Below are positions 27,901-43,100 of a stretch of DNA of 64,000 nucleotides, piece after piece (within the stretch, counting starts at the first letter, position 1; each line of letters begins with the position of its first letter). The DNA comes from Eledone cirrhosa. Taxonomy: Eukaryota. The notes under the pieces are model-generated. The model was not told the origin of the DNA. It did not search any database and saw only the letters and a program-made list of their open reading frames with translations. The stretch is from contig OZ024740.1 of assembly GCA_964016885.1 (NCBI GenBank), positions 407,216,001-407,280,000 of the forward strand, in the 5' to 3' direction. The position numbers and the translations under genes are program-made.

Positions 27901-30900
27901 CTGAATAGCAATGTGTCCCACTGACAAGACACTGAATAGCAATGTGGCTCACTGACAAGATACTACATAGCAACGTGGCCGAGAGACAAGACACTGAATA
28001 GCAATGTGACAGACTGACAAGACACTGAATAGCAATGTGACAGACTGACAAGACACTGAATAGCAATGTGGCCCACTGACAAGACACTGAATAGCAATGT
28101 GGCCCACTGACAAGACACTGAATAGCAATGTGGCCCACTGACAAGACACTGAATAGCAATGTGGCCCACTGACAAGACACAACATAGCAATGTGGCCCAC
28201 TGACAAGACACTACATAGCAATGTGGCCCACTGACAAGACACTGAATAGCAATGTGGCCCACTGACAAGACACTACATAGCAATGTGGCTCACTGACAAG
28301 ACACTGAATAGCAATGTGGCCCACTGACAAGACACTACATAGCAATGTGGCTCACTGACAAGACACTGAATAGCAATGTGGCCCACTGACAAGACACTGA
28401 ATAGCAATGTTGCCCACTGACAAGACACTACATAGCAATGTGGCCCACTGACAAGACACTACATAGCAATGTGGCCCACTGACAAGACACTGAATAGCAA
28501 TGTTGCCCACTTACAAGACACTGAATAGCAATGTGGCCCACTGACAAAACACTACATAGCAATGTGGCCCACTGACAAGACACTACATAGCAATGTGGCC
28601 CACTGACAAGACTCTGCATAGCAATGTGGCCCACTGACAAGACACTACATAGCAATGTGGCCCACTGAAAAGATGTTGAATAGCAATGTGGCCCACTGAC
28701 AAGACACTACATAGCAATGTGGCCCACTGACAAGATGTTGAATAGCAATGTGGCCCACTGACAAGACACTACATAGCAATGTGGCCCACTGACAAGATGC
28801 TGAATAGCAATGTGGCCCACTGACAAGACACTACATAGCAATGTGTCCCACTGACAAGACATTGAATAGCAATGTGGCCCACTGACAAGACACTACATAA
28901 CAATGTGGCCCACTGACAAGACACTGAATAGCAATGTGGCCCACTGACAAGACACTGAATAGCAATGTGTCTCACTGACAAGACACTACATAGCAATGTG
29001 GCCCACTGACAAGACACTGAATAGCAATGTGGCCCACTGACAAGACACTGAATAGCAATGTGGCCCACTGACAAGACACTGAATAGCAATGTGGCCCACT
29101 AACAAGACACTACATAGCAATGTGGCTCACTGACAAGACACTGAATAGCAATGTGACACACTGAGAAGACACTGAATAGCAATGTGTCCCACTGACAAGA
29201 CACTGAATAGCAATGTGGCTCACTGACAAGATACTACATAGCAACGTGGCCGAGAGACAAGACACTGAATAGCAATGTGACAGACTGACAAGACACTGAA
29301 TAGCAATGTGACAGACTGACAAGACACTGAATAGCAATGTGGCCCACTGGCAAGACACTGAAAAGCAATGTGGCCCACTGACAAGACACTGAATAGCAAT
29401 GTGGCCCACTGACAAGACACTGAATAGAAATGTGGTTCACTGACAAGATACTACATAGCAACGTGGCCGAGAGACAAGACACTGAATAGCAATGTGGCCC
29501 ACTGACAAGACGCTACATAGCAATGTGGCCCACTGACAAGACCCTACATAGCAATGTGGCCCACTGACAAGACACTGAATAGCAATGTGACAGACTGACA
29601 AGACACTGAATAGCAATGTGGCCCACTGACGAGACACTACATAGCAATGTGGCTCACTGACAAGACACTGAATAGCAATGTGACAGACTGACAAGACACT
29701 GAATAGCAATGTGGCCCACTGACAAGATACTACATAGCAATGTGGCTCACTGACAAGACACTACATAGCAATGTGGCCCACTGACAAGACACTACATAGC
29801 AATGTGGCCCACTGACAAGACACTGAATAGCAATGTGGCCCACTGACAAGACACTACATAGCAATGTGGCTCACTGACAAGACACTGAATAGCAATGTGG
29901 CTCACTGACAAGACACTGAATAGCAATGTGACAGACTGACAAGGCACTGAATAGCAATGTGGCCCACTGACAAGACACTACATAGCAATGTGGCCCACTG
30001 ACAAGACACTGAATAGCAATGTGGCCCACTGACAAGACACTACATAGCAATGTGGCTCACTGACAAGACACTACATAGCAATGTGGCCCACTGACAAGAC
30101 ACTGAATAGCAATGTGGCCCACTGACAAGACACTACATAGCAATGTGGCCCACTGACAAGACACTACATAGCAATGTGGCCCATTGACAAGACACTGGAT
30201 GGCAATGTGGCCCACTGACAAGACACTACATTGCAATGTGGCTCACTGACAAGACACTGAATAGCAATGTGGCCCACTGACAAGACACTACATAGCAATG
30301 TGGCTCACTGACAAGACACTGAATAGCAATGTGGCCCACTGACAAGACACTACATAGCAATGTGGCTCACTGACAAGACACTGAATAGCAATGTGGCCCA
30401 CAGACAAGACACTGAATAGCAATGTGGCCCACTGACAAGACACTACATAGCAATGTGGCCCACTGACAAGACACTGAATAGCAATGTGGCCCACTGACAA
30501 GACACTACATAGCAATGTGGCTCACTGACAAGACACTGAATAGCAATGTGACAGACTGACAAGACACTGAATAGCAATGTGACAGACTGACAAGACACTG
30601 AATAGCAATGTGGCCCACTGACAAGACACTACATAGCAAAGTGGCCCACTGACAAGACACTGAATAGCAATGTGGCCCACTGACAAGACACTACATAGCA
30701 ATGTGGCTCACTGACAAGACACTACATAGCAATGTGGCCCACTGACAAGACACTGAATAGCAATGTGGCCCACTGACAAGACACAACATAGCAATGTGGC
30801 CCACTGACAAGACACTACATAGCAATGTGGCCCACTGACAAGACACTGAATAGCAATGTGGCCCACTGACAAGACACTACATAGCAATGTGGCTCACTGA

Positions 30901-33900
30901 CAAGACACTGAATAGCAATGTGGCCCACTGACAAGACACTACATAGCAATGTGGCTCACTGACAAGACACTGAATAGCAATGTGGCCCACTGACAAGACA
31001 CTGAATAGCAATGTTGCCCACTGACAAGACACTACATAGCAATGTGGCCCACTGACAAGACACTACATAGCAATGTGGCCCACTGACAAGACACTGAATA
31101 GCAATGTGGCCCACTGACAAGGCACTACATAGCAATGTGGCTCACTGACAAGACACTGAAAAGCAACGTGACAGACTGACAAGACACTGAATAGCAATGT
31201 GGCCCACTGACAAGACACTACATAGCAATGTGGCCCACTGACAAGACACTACATAGCAATGTGGCTCACTGACAAGACACTGAATAGCAATGTGACAGAC
31301 TGACAAGACACTGAATAGCAATGTGGCCCACTGACAAGACACTGAATAGCAATGTGGCCCACTGACAAGACACTACATAGCAATGTGGCTCAATGACAAG
31401 ACACTGAATAGCATTGTGGCTAACTGACAAGATACTACATAGCAATGTGGCCGAGAGACAAGACACTGAATAGCAATGTGGCCCACAGACAAGGCACTGA
31501 ATAGCAATGTGGCCCACTGACAAGACACTGAATAGCAATGTGGCCCACTGACAAGACACTACATAGCAATATGGCCCACTGACAAGACACTACATAGCAA
31601 TGTGGCCCACTAACAAGACACTACATAGCAGTGTGACCCACTGACAAGACACTGAATAGCAATGTGGGTTACTGACGAGACACTGAATAGCAATGTGGCC
31701 CACTGACAAGACACTGAATAGCAATGTGTCCCACTGACAAGACACTGAATAGCAATGTGGCTCACTGACAAGATACTACATAGCAACGTGGCCGAGAGAC
31801 AGGACACTGAATAGCAATGTGACAGACTGACAAGACACTGAATAGCAATGTGACAGACTGACAAGACACTGAATAGCAATGTGGCCCACTGGCAAGACAC
31901 TGAATAGCAATGTGGCCCACTGACAAGACACTGAATAGCAATGTGGCCCACTGACAAGACACTGAATAGCAATGTGGCTCACTAACAAGATACTACATAG
32001 CAACGTGGCCGAGAGACAAGACACTGAATAGCAATGTGGCCCACTGACAAGACGCTACATAGCAATGTGGCCCACTGACAAGACCCTACATAGCAATGTG
32101 GCTCACTGACAAGACACTGAATAGCAATGTGACAGACTGACAAGACACTGAATAGCAATGTGACAGACTGACAAGACACTGAATAGCAATGTGGCCCACT
32201 GGCAAGACACTGAATAGCAATGTGGCCAACTGACAAGACACTACATAGCAATATGGCCCACTGACAAGACACTACATAGCAATGTGGCCCACTAACAAGA
32301 CACTACATAGCAATGTGACCCACTGACAAGACACTGAATAGCAATGTGGCCCACTGACAAGACACTACCTAGCAATGTGGCACACTGACAAGACATTGAA
32401 TAGCAATAGTGGCTCACTGACAAGACACTGAATAGCAATGTGGCCCACTGACAAGACACTGAATAGCAATGTGGCCCACTGACAAGACACTGAATAGCAA
32501 TGTGGCCCACTGACAAGTCACTACATAGCAATGTGGCCCACTGACAAGAGACTGAATAGCAATGTGGCCCACTTACAAGACACTGAATAGCAATGTGGCC
32601 CACTGACAAAACACTACATAGCAATGTGGCCCACTGACAAGACACTACATAGCAATTTGGCCCACTGACAAGACACTACATAGCAATGTGGCCCACTGAT
32701 AAGACACTGAATAGCAATGTGGCCCACTGACAAAACACTACATAGCAATGTGGCCCACTGACAAGACACTACATAGCAATGTGGCCCACTGACAAGACAC
32801 TACATAGCAATGTGGCCCACTGATAAGACACTGAATAGCAATGTGGCCCACTGACAAGACACTACATAGCAATGTGGCCCACTGACAAGATGTTGAATAG
32901 CAATGTGGCCCACTGACAAGACACTACAAAGCAATGTGGCCCACTGACAAGATGCTGAATAGCAATGTGGCCCACTGACAAGACATTGAATAGCAATGTG
33001 GCCCACTGACAAGACACTACATAACAATGTGGCCCACTGACAAGACACTGAATAGCAATGTGGCCCACTGACAAGACACTGAATAGCAATGTGTCTCACT
33101 GACAAGACACTACATAGCAATGTGGCCCACTGACAAGACACTGAATAGCAATGTGGCCCACTGACAAGACACTGAATAGCAATGTGGCCCACTGACAAGA
33201 CATTGAATAGCAATGTGGCCCACTAACAAGACACTACATAGCAATGTGGCTCACTGACAAGACACTGAATAGCAATGTGACACACTGACAAGACACTGAA
33301 TAGCAATGTGTCCCACTGACAAGACACTGAATAGCAATGTGGCTCACTGACAAGATACTACATAGCAACGTGGCCGAGAGACAAGACACTGAATAGCAAT
33401 GTGACAGACTGATAAGACACTGAATAGCAATGTGACAGACTGACAAGACACTGAATAGCAATGTGGCCCACTGACAAGACACTACATAGCAATGTGGCCC
33501 ACTGACAAGACACTGAATAGCAATGTGGCCCACTGACAAGACACTACATAGCAATGTGGCTCACTGACAAGACACTACATAGCAATGTGGCCCACTGACA
33601 AGACACTGAATAGCAATGTGGCCCACTGACAAGACACTACATAGCAATGTGGCCCACTGACAAGACACTGAATAGCAATGTGGCCCACTGACAAGACACT
33701 ACATAGCAATGTGGCTCACTGACAAGACACTGAATAGCAATGTGGCCCACTGACAAGACACTACATAGCAATGTGGCTCACTGACAAGACACTACATAGC
33801 AATGTGGCCCACTAACAAGACACTGAATAGCAATGTGGCCCACTGACAAGACACAACATAGCAATGTGGCCCACTGACAAGACACTACATAGCAATGTGG

Positions 33901-33925
33901 CCCACTGACAAGACACTGAATAGCA
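21990..33925. repeat. Copy B of the ~12-kb near-identical segmental duplication
   Basis: The ORF track is essentially identical to that of 9,373-21,000. Differences noticed: a 2-monomer deletion near 24,440 and G>A at 31,984 (vs 19,425). Confidence 0.93.
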
Positions 33926-36900
33926 ATGTGGCCCACTGACAAGACACTACATAGCAATGTGGCTCACTGACAAGACACTGAATAGCAATGTGGCCCACTG
34001 ACAAGACACAACATAGCAATGTGGCCCACTGACAAGACACTACATAGCAATGTGGCCCACTGACAAGACACTGAATAGCAATGTGGCCCACTGACAAGTC
34101 ACTGAATAGCAATGTGGCCCAATGACAAGACACTACATAGCAATATGGCCCACTGACAAGACACTACATAGCAATGTGGCCCACTAACAAGACACTACAT
34201 AGCAATGTGACCCACTGACAAGACACTGAATAGCAATGTGGCCCACTGACAAGACACTACATAGCAATGTGGCTCACTGACAAGACACTGAATAGCAATG
34301 TGGCCCACTGACAAGACACTACATAGCAATGTGGCCCACTGACAAGACACTGAATAGCAATGTGGCCCACTGACAAGACACTACATAGCAATGTGGCTCA
34401 CTGACAAGACACTACATAGCAATGTGGCCCACTGACAAGACACTGAATAGCAATGTGGCCCACTGACAAGACACAACATAGCAATGTGGCCCACTGACAA
34501 GACACTACATAGCAATGTGGCCCACTGACAAGACACTGAATAGCAATGTGGCCCACTGACAAGACACTGCATAGCAATGTGGCTCACTGACAAGACACTG
34601 AATAGCAATGTGGCCCACTGACAAGACACTGAATAGCAATGTTGCCCACTGACAAGACACTACATAGCAATGTGGCCCACTGACAAGACACTACATAGCA
34701 ATGTGGCCCACTGACAAGACACTGAATAGCAATGTGGCCCACTGACAAGACACTACATAGCAATGTGGCTCACTGACAAGACACTGAAAAGCAATGTGAC
34801 AGACTGACAAGACACTGAATAGCAATGTGGCCCACTGACAAGACACTACATAGCAATGTGGCCCACTGACAAGACACTACATAGCAATGTGGCTCACTGA
34901 CAAGACACTGAATAGCAATGTGACAGACTGACAAGACACTGAATAGCAATGTGGCCCACTGACAAGACACTGAATAGCAATGTGGCCCACTGACAAGACA
35001 CTACATAGCAATGTGGCTCACTGACAAGACACTGAATAGCATTGTGGCTCACTGACAAGATACTACATAGCAATGTGGCCGAGAGACAAGACACTGAATA
35101 GCAATGTGGCCCACAGACAAGGCACTGAATAGCAATGTGGCCCACTGACAAGTCACTGAATAGCAATGTGGCCCAATGACAAGACACTACATAGCAATAT
35201 GGCCCACTGACAAGACACTACATAGCAATGTGGCCCACTAACAAGACACTACATAGCAATGTGACCCACTGACAAGACACTGAATAGCAATGTGGCCCAC
35301 TGACAAGACACTACCTAGCAATGTGGCACACTGACAAGACATTGAATAGCAATAGTGGCTCACTGACAAGACACTGAATAGCAATGTGGCCCACTGACAA
35401 GACACTGAATAGCAATGTGGCCCACTGACAAGATACTGAATAGCAATGTGGCCCACTGACAAGTCACTACATAGCAATGTGGCCCACTGACAAGAGACTG
35501 AATAGCAATGTGGCCCACTTACAAGACACTGAATAGCAATGTGGCCCACTGACAAAACACTACATAGCAATGTGGCCCACTGACAAGACACTACATAGCA
35601 ATGTGGCCCACTGACAAGACACTACATAGCAATGTGGCCCACTGATAAGACACTGAATAGCAATGTGGCCCACTGACAAGACACTGAATAGCAATGTGGC
35701 CCACTGACAAGACTCTGCATAGCAATGTGGCCCACTGACAAAACACTTAATAGCAATGTGGCCCACTGACAAAACACTACATAGCAATGTGGCCCACTGA
35801 CAAGACACTACATAGCAATGTGGCCCACTGACAAGACACTACATAGCAATGTGCCCCACTGATAAGACACTGAATAGCAATGTGGCCCACTGACAAGACA
35901 CTACATAGCAATGTGGCCCACTGACAAGATGTTGAATAGCAATGTGGCCCACTGACAAGACACTACATAGCAATGTGGCCCACTGACAAGATGCTGAATA
36001 GCAATGTGGCCCACTGACAAGACACTACATAGCAATGTGTCCCACTGACAAGACATTGAATAGCAATGTGGCCCACTGACAAGACACTACATAACAATGT
36101 GGCCCACTGACAAGACACTGAATAGCAATGTGGCCCACTGACAAGACACTGAATAGCAATGTGTCTCACTGACAAGACACTACATAGCAATGTGGCCCAC
36201 TGACAAGACACTGAATAGCAATGTGGCCCACTGACAAGACACTGAATAGCAATGTGGCCCACTGACAAGACACTGAATAGCAATGTGGCCCACTAACAAG
36301 ACACTACATAGCAATGTGGCTCACTGACAAGACACTGAATAGCAATGTGACACACTGACAAGACACTGAATAGCAATGTGTCCCACTAACAAGACACTGA
36401 ATAGCAATGTGGCTCACTGACAAGATACTACATAGCAACGTGGCCGAGAGACAAGACACTGAATAGCAATGTGACAGACTGATAAGACACTGAATAGCAA
36501 TGTGACACACTGACAAGACACTGAATAGCAATGTGGCCCACTGACAATACACTGAATAGCAATGTGGCCCACTGACAAGACACTGAATAGCAATGTGGCC
36601 CACTGACAAGACACTGAACAGCAAAGTGGCTCACTGACAAGATACTACATAGCAACGTGGCCGAGAGACAAGACACTGAATAGCAATGTGGCCCACTGAC
36701 AAGACGCTACATAGCAATGTGGCCCACTGACAAGACCCTACATAGCAATGTGGCCCACTGACAAGACACTGAATAGCAATGTGACAGACTGACAAGACAC
36801 TGAATAGCAATGTGGCCCACTGACAAGACACGACATAGCAATGTGGCTCACTGACAAGACACTGAATAGCAATGTGACAGACTGACAAGACACTGAATAG

Positions 36901-37139
36901 CAATGTGGCCCAATGACAAGACACTACATAGCAATGTGGCTCACTGACAAGACACTACATAGCAATGTGGCCCACTGACAAGACACTACATAGCAATGTG
37001 GCCCACTGACAAGACACTGAATAGCAATGTGGCCCACTGACAAGACACTACATAGCAATGTGGCTCACTGACAAGACACTGAATAGCAATGTGACAGACT
37101 GACAAGACACTGAATAGCAATGTGACAGACTGACAAGAC

Positions 37140-40100
37140 ACTGAATAGCAATGTGGCCCACTGACAAGACACTACATAGCAATGTGGCCCACTGACAAGA
37201 CACTGAATAGCAATGTGGCCCACTGACAAGACACTACATAGCAATGTGGCTCACTGACAAGACACTACATAGCAATGTGGCCCACTGACAAGACACTGAA
37301 TAGCAATGTGGCCCACTGACAAGACACTACATAGCAATGTGGCCCACTGACAAGACACTGAATAGCAATGTGGCCCACTGACAAGACACTACATAGCAAT
37401 GTGGCTCACTGACAAGACACTACATAGCAATGTGGCCCACTGACAAGACACTCAATAGCAATGTGGCCCACTGACAAGACACAACATTGCAATGTGGCCC
37501 ACTGACAAGACACTACATAGCAATGTGGCCCACTGACAAGACACTGAATAGCAATGTGGCCCACTGACAAGACACTACATAGCAATGTGGCTCACCGACA
37601 AGACACTGAATAGCAATGTGGCCCACTGACAAGACACTACACAGCAATGTGGCTCACTGACAAGACACTGAATAGCAATGTGGCCCACTGACAAGACACT
37701 GAATAGCAATGTTGCCCACTGACAAGACACTACATAGCAATGTGGCCCACTGACAAGACACTGAATAGCAATGTGACAGACTGACAAGACACAGAATAGC
37801 AATGTGGCCCACTGACAAGACACTGAATAGCAATGTGGCCCAGTGACAAGACACTACATAGCAATGTGGCTCACTGACAAGACACTGAATAGTATTGTGG
37901 CTCACTGACAAGATACTACATAGCAATATGGCCGAGAGACAAGACACTGAATAGCAATGTGGCCCACAGACAAGGCACTGAATAGCAATGTGGCCCACTG
38001 ACAAGACACTGAATAGCAATGTGGCCCACTGACAAGACACTACATAGCAATATGGCCCACTGACAAGACACTACATAGCAATGTGGCCCACTAACAAGAC
38101 ACTACATAGCAATGTGACCCACTGACAAGACACTGAATAGCAATGTGGGTTACTGACGAGACACTGAATAGCAATGTGGCCCACTGACAAGACACTACCT
38201 AGCAATGTGGCCCACTGACAAGACATTGAATAGCAATAGTGGCTCACTGACAAGACACTGAATAACAATGTGGCCCACTGACAAGACACTGAATAGCAAT
38301 GTGGCCCACTGACAAGACACTGAATAGCAATGTGGCCCACTGACAAGACACTACATAGCAATGTGGCCCACTGACAAGACACTGAATAGCAATGTGGCCC
38401 ACTTACAAGACACTGAATAGCAATGTGGCCCACTGATAAGACACTGAATAGCAATGTGGCCCACTGACAAGACACTGAATAGCAATGTGGCACACTGACA
38501 AGACTCTGCATAGCAATGTGGCCCACTGACAAAACACTACATAGGAATGTGGCCCACTGACAAGACTCTGCATAGCAATGTGGCCCACTGACAAGACACT
38601 ACATAGCAATGTGGCCCACTGACAAGATGTTGAATAGCAATGTGGCCCACTGACAAGACACTACAGAGCAATGTGGCCCACTGACAAGATCCTGAATAGC
38701 AATGTGGCCCACTGACAAGACACTACATAGCAATGTGGCCCACTGACAAGACACTACAGAGCAATGTGGCCCACTGACAAGACACTGAATAGCAATGTGG
38801 CCCACTGACAAGACACTACATAGCAATGTGGCTCACCGACAAGACACTGAATAGCAATGTGGCCCACTGACAAGACACTACATAGCAATGTGGCTCACTG
38901 ACAAGACACTGAATAGCAATGTGGCCCACTGACAAGACACTGAATAGCAATGTTGCCCACTGACAAGGCACTACATAGCAATGTGGCTCACTGACAAGAC
39001 ACTGAATAGCAATGTGACAGACTGACAAGACACTGAATAGCAATGTGGCCCACTGACAAGACACTGAATAGCAATGTGGCCCAGTGACAAGACACTACAT
39101 AGCAATGTGGCTCACTGACAAGACACTGAATAGTATTGTGGCTCACTGACAAGATACTACATAGCAATGTGGCCGAGAGACAAGACACTGAATAGCAATG
39201 TGGCCCACAGACAAGGCACTGAATAGCAATGTGGCCCACTGACAAGACACTGAATAGCAATGTGACAGACTGACAAGACACTGAATAGCAATGTGACAGA
39301 CTGACAAGACACTGAATAGCAATGTGGCCCACTGACAAGACACTACATAGCAATGTGGCCCACTGACAAGACACTGAATAGCAATGTGGCCCACTGACAA
39401 GACACTACATAGCAATATGGCCCACTGACAAGACACTACATAGCAATGTGGCCCACTAACAAGACACTACATAGCAATGTGACCCACTGACAAGACACTG
39501 AATAGCAATGTGGGTTACTGACGAGACACTGAATAGCAATGTGGCCCACTGACAAGACAATACCTAGCAATGTGGCCCACTGACAAGACATTGAATAGAA
39601 ATAGTGGCTCACTAACAAGACACTGAATAACAATGTGGCCCACTGACAAGACACTGAATAGCAATGTGGCCCACTGACAAGACACTGAATAGCAATGTGG
39701 CCCACTGACAAGACACTACATAGCAATGTGGCCCACTGACAAGACACTGAATAGCAATGTGGCCCACTTACAAGACACTGAATAGCAATGTGGCCCACTG
39801 ATAAGACACTGAATAGCAATGTGGCCCACTGACAAGACACTGAATAGCAATGTGGCACACTGACAAGACTCTGCATAGCAATGTGGCCCACTGACAAAAC
39901 ACTACATAGGAATGTGGCCCACTGACAAGACTCTGCATAGCAATGTGGCCCACTGACAAGACACTACATAGCAATGTGGCCCACTGACAAGACACTACAG
40001 AGCAATGTGGCCCACTGACAAGATCCTGAATAGCAATGTGGCCCACTGACAAGACACTACATAGCAATGTGTCCCACTGACAAGACATTGAATAGCAATG

Positions 40101-43100
40101 TGGCCCACTGACAAGACACTGAATAGCAATGTGGCCCACTGACAAGACACTCAATAGCAATGTGTCTCACTGACAAGACACTACATAGCAATGTGGCCCA
40201 CTGACAAGACACTGAATAGCAATGTGGCCCACTGACAAGACACTGAATAGCAATGTGTCCCACTGACAAGACACTGAATAGCAATGTGGCTCACTGACAA
40301 GATACTACATAGCAACGTGGCCGAGAGACAAGACACTGAATAGCAATGTGACAGACTGACAAGACACTGAATAGCAATGTGACAGACTGACAAGACACTG
40401 AATAGCAATGTGGCCCACTGACAAGACACTGAATAGCAATGTGGCCCACTGACAAGACACTGAATTGCAATGTGGCCCACTGACAAGACACTGAACAGCA
40501 ATGTGGCCCACTGACAAGTCACTACATAGCAATGTGGCCCACTGACAAGACACTGAATAGAAATGTGGCCCACTTACAAGACACTGAATAGCAATGTGGC
40601 CCACTGACAAAACACTACATAGCAATGTGGCCCACTGAGAAGACACTACATAGCAATGTGGCCCACTGACAAGACACTACATAGCAATGTGGCCCACTGA
40701 TAAGACACTGAATAGCAATGTGGCCCACTGACAAGACACTGAATAGCAATGTGGCCCACTGACAAAACACTACATAGCAATGTGGCCCACTGACAAGACA
40801 CTACATAGCAATGTGGCTCACTGACAAGACACTGAATAGCAATGTGACAGACTGACAAGACACTGAATAGCAATGTGACAGACTGACAAGACACTGAAAA
40901 GCAATGTGGCCCACTGACAAGACACTACATAGCAATGTGGCCCACTGACAAGACACTGAATAGCAATGTGGCCCACTGACAAGACACTTCATAGCAATGT
41001 GGCTCACTGACAAGACACTACATAGCAATGTGGCCCACTGACAAGACACTGAATAGCAATGTGGCCCACTGACAAGACACTACATAGCAATGTGGCCCAC
41101 TGACAAGACACTGAATAGCAATGTGGCCCACTGACAAGACACTACATAGCAATGTGGCTCACTGACAAGACACTACATAGCAATGTGACCCACTGACAAG
41201 ACACTGAATAGCAATGTGGCCCACTGACAAGACACTACATAGCAATGTGGCTCACTGACAAGACACTGAATAGCAATGTGGCCCACTGACAAGACACTGA
41301 ATAGCAATGTTGCCCACTGACAAGACACTACATAGCAATGTGGCCCACTGACAAGACACTGAATAGCAATGTGACAGACTGACAAGACACTGAATAGCAA
41401 TGTGGCCCACTGACAAGACACTGAATAGCAATGTGGCCCAGTGACAAGACACTACATAGCAATGTGGCTCACTGACAAGACACTGAATAGCATTGTGGCT
41501 CACTGACAAGATACTACATAGCAATGTGGCCGAGAGACAAGACACTGAATAGCAATGTGGCCCACAGACAAGGCACTGAATAGCAATGTGCCCCACTGAC
41601 AAGACACTGAATAGCAATGTGGCCCACTGACAAGACACTGAATAGCAATGTGGCCCACTGACAAGACACTACATAGCAATGTGACCCACTGACAAGACAC
41701 TGAATAGCAATGTGGGTTACTGACGAGACACTGAATAGCAATGTGGCCCACTGACAAGACACTACCTAGCAATGTGGCCCACTGACAAGACATTGAATAG
41801 CAATAGTGGCTCACTGACAAGACACTGAATAACAATGTGGCCCACTGACAAGACACTGAATAGCAATGTGGCCCACTGACAAGACACTGAATAGCAATGT
41901 GGCCCACTGACAAGACACTACATAGCAATGTGGCCCACTGACAAGACACTGAATAGCAATGTGGCCCACTTACAAGACACTGAATAGCAATGTGGCCCAC
42001 TGATAAGACACTGAATAGCAATGTGGCCCACTGACAAGACACTGAATAGCAATATGGCACACTGACAAGACTCTGCATAGCAATGTGGCCCAGTGACAAG
42101 ACACTACATAGCAATGTGGCCCACTGACAAGATGTTGAATAGCAATGTGGCCCACTGACAAGACACTACATAGCAATGTGGCCCACTGACAAGATGTTGA
42201 ATAGCAATGTGGCCCACTGACAAGACACTACAGAGCAATGTGGCCCACTGACAAGATGCTGAATAGCAATGTGGCCCACTGACAATACACTACATAGCAA
42301 TGTGTCCCACTGACAAGACATTGAATAGCAATGTGGCCCACTGACAAGACACTACATAACAATGTGGCCCACTGACAAGACACTGAATAGCAATGTGGCC
42401 CACTGACAAGACACTGAATAGCAATGTGTCTCACTGACAAGACACTACATAGCAATGTGGCCCACTGACAAGACACTGAATAGCAATGTGGCCCACTGAC
42501 AAGACACTGAATAGCAATGTGGCCCACTGACAAGACACTGAATAGCAATGTGGCCCACTAACAAGACACTACATAGCAATGTGGCTCACTGACAAGACAC
42601 TGAATAGCAATGTGACACACTGACAAGACACTGAATAGCAATGTGTCCCACTGACAAGACACTGAATAGCAATGTGGCTCACTGACAAGATACTACATAG
42701 CAACGTGGCCGAGAGACAAGACACTGAATAGCAATGTGACAGACTGACAAGACACTGAATAGCAATGTGACAGACTGACAAGACACTGAATAGCAATGTG
42801 GCCCACTGACAAGACACTGAATAGCAATGTGGCCCACTGACAAGACACTGAATAGCAATGTGGCCCACTGACAAGACACTGAATAGCAATGTGGCCCACT
42901 GACAAGTCACTACATAGCAATGTGGCCCACTGACAAGACACTGAATAGAAATGTGGCCCACTTACAAGACACTGAATAGCAATGTGGCCCACTGACAAAA
43001 CACTACATAGCAATGTGGCCCACTGACAAGACACTACATAGCAATGTGGCCCACTGACAAGACACTACATAGCAATGTGGCCCACTGATAAGACACTGAA

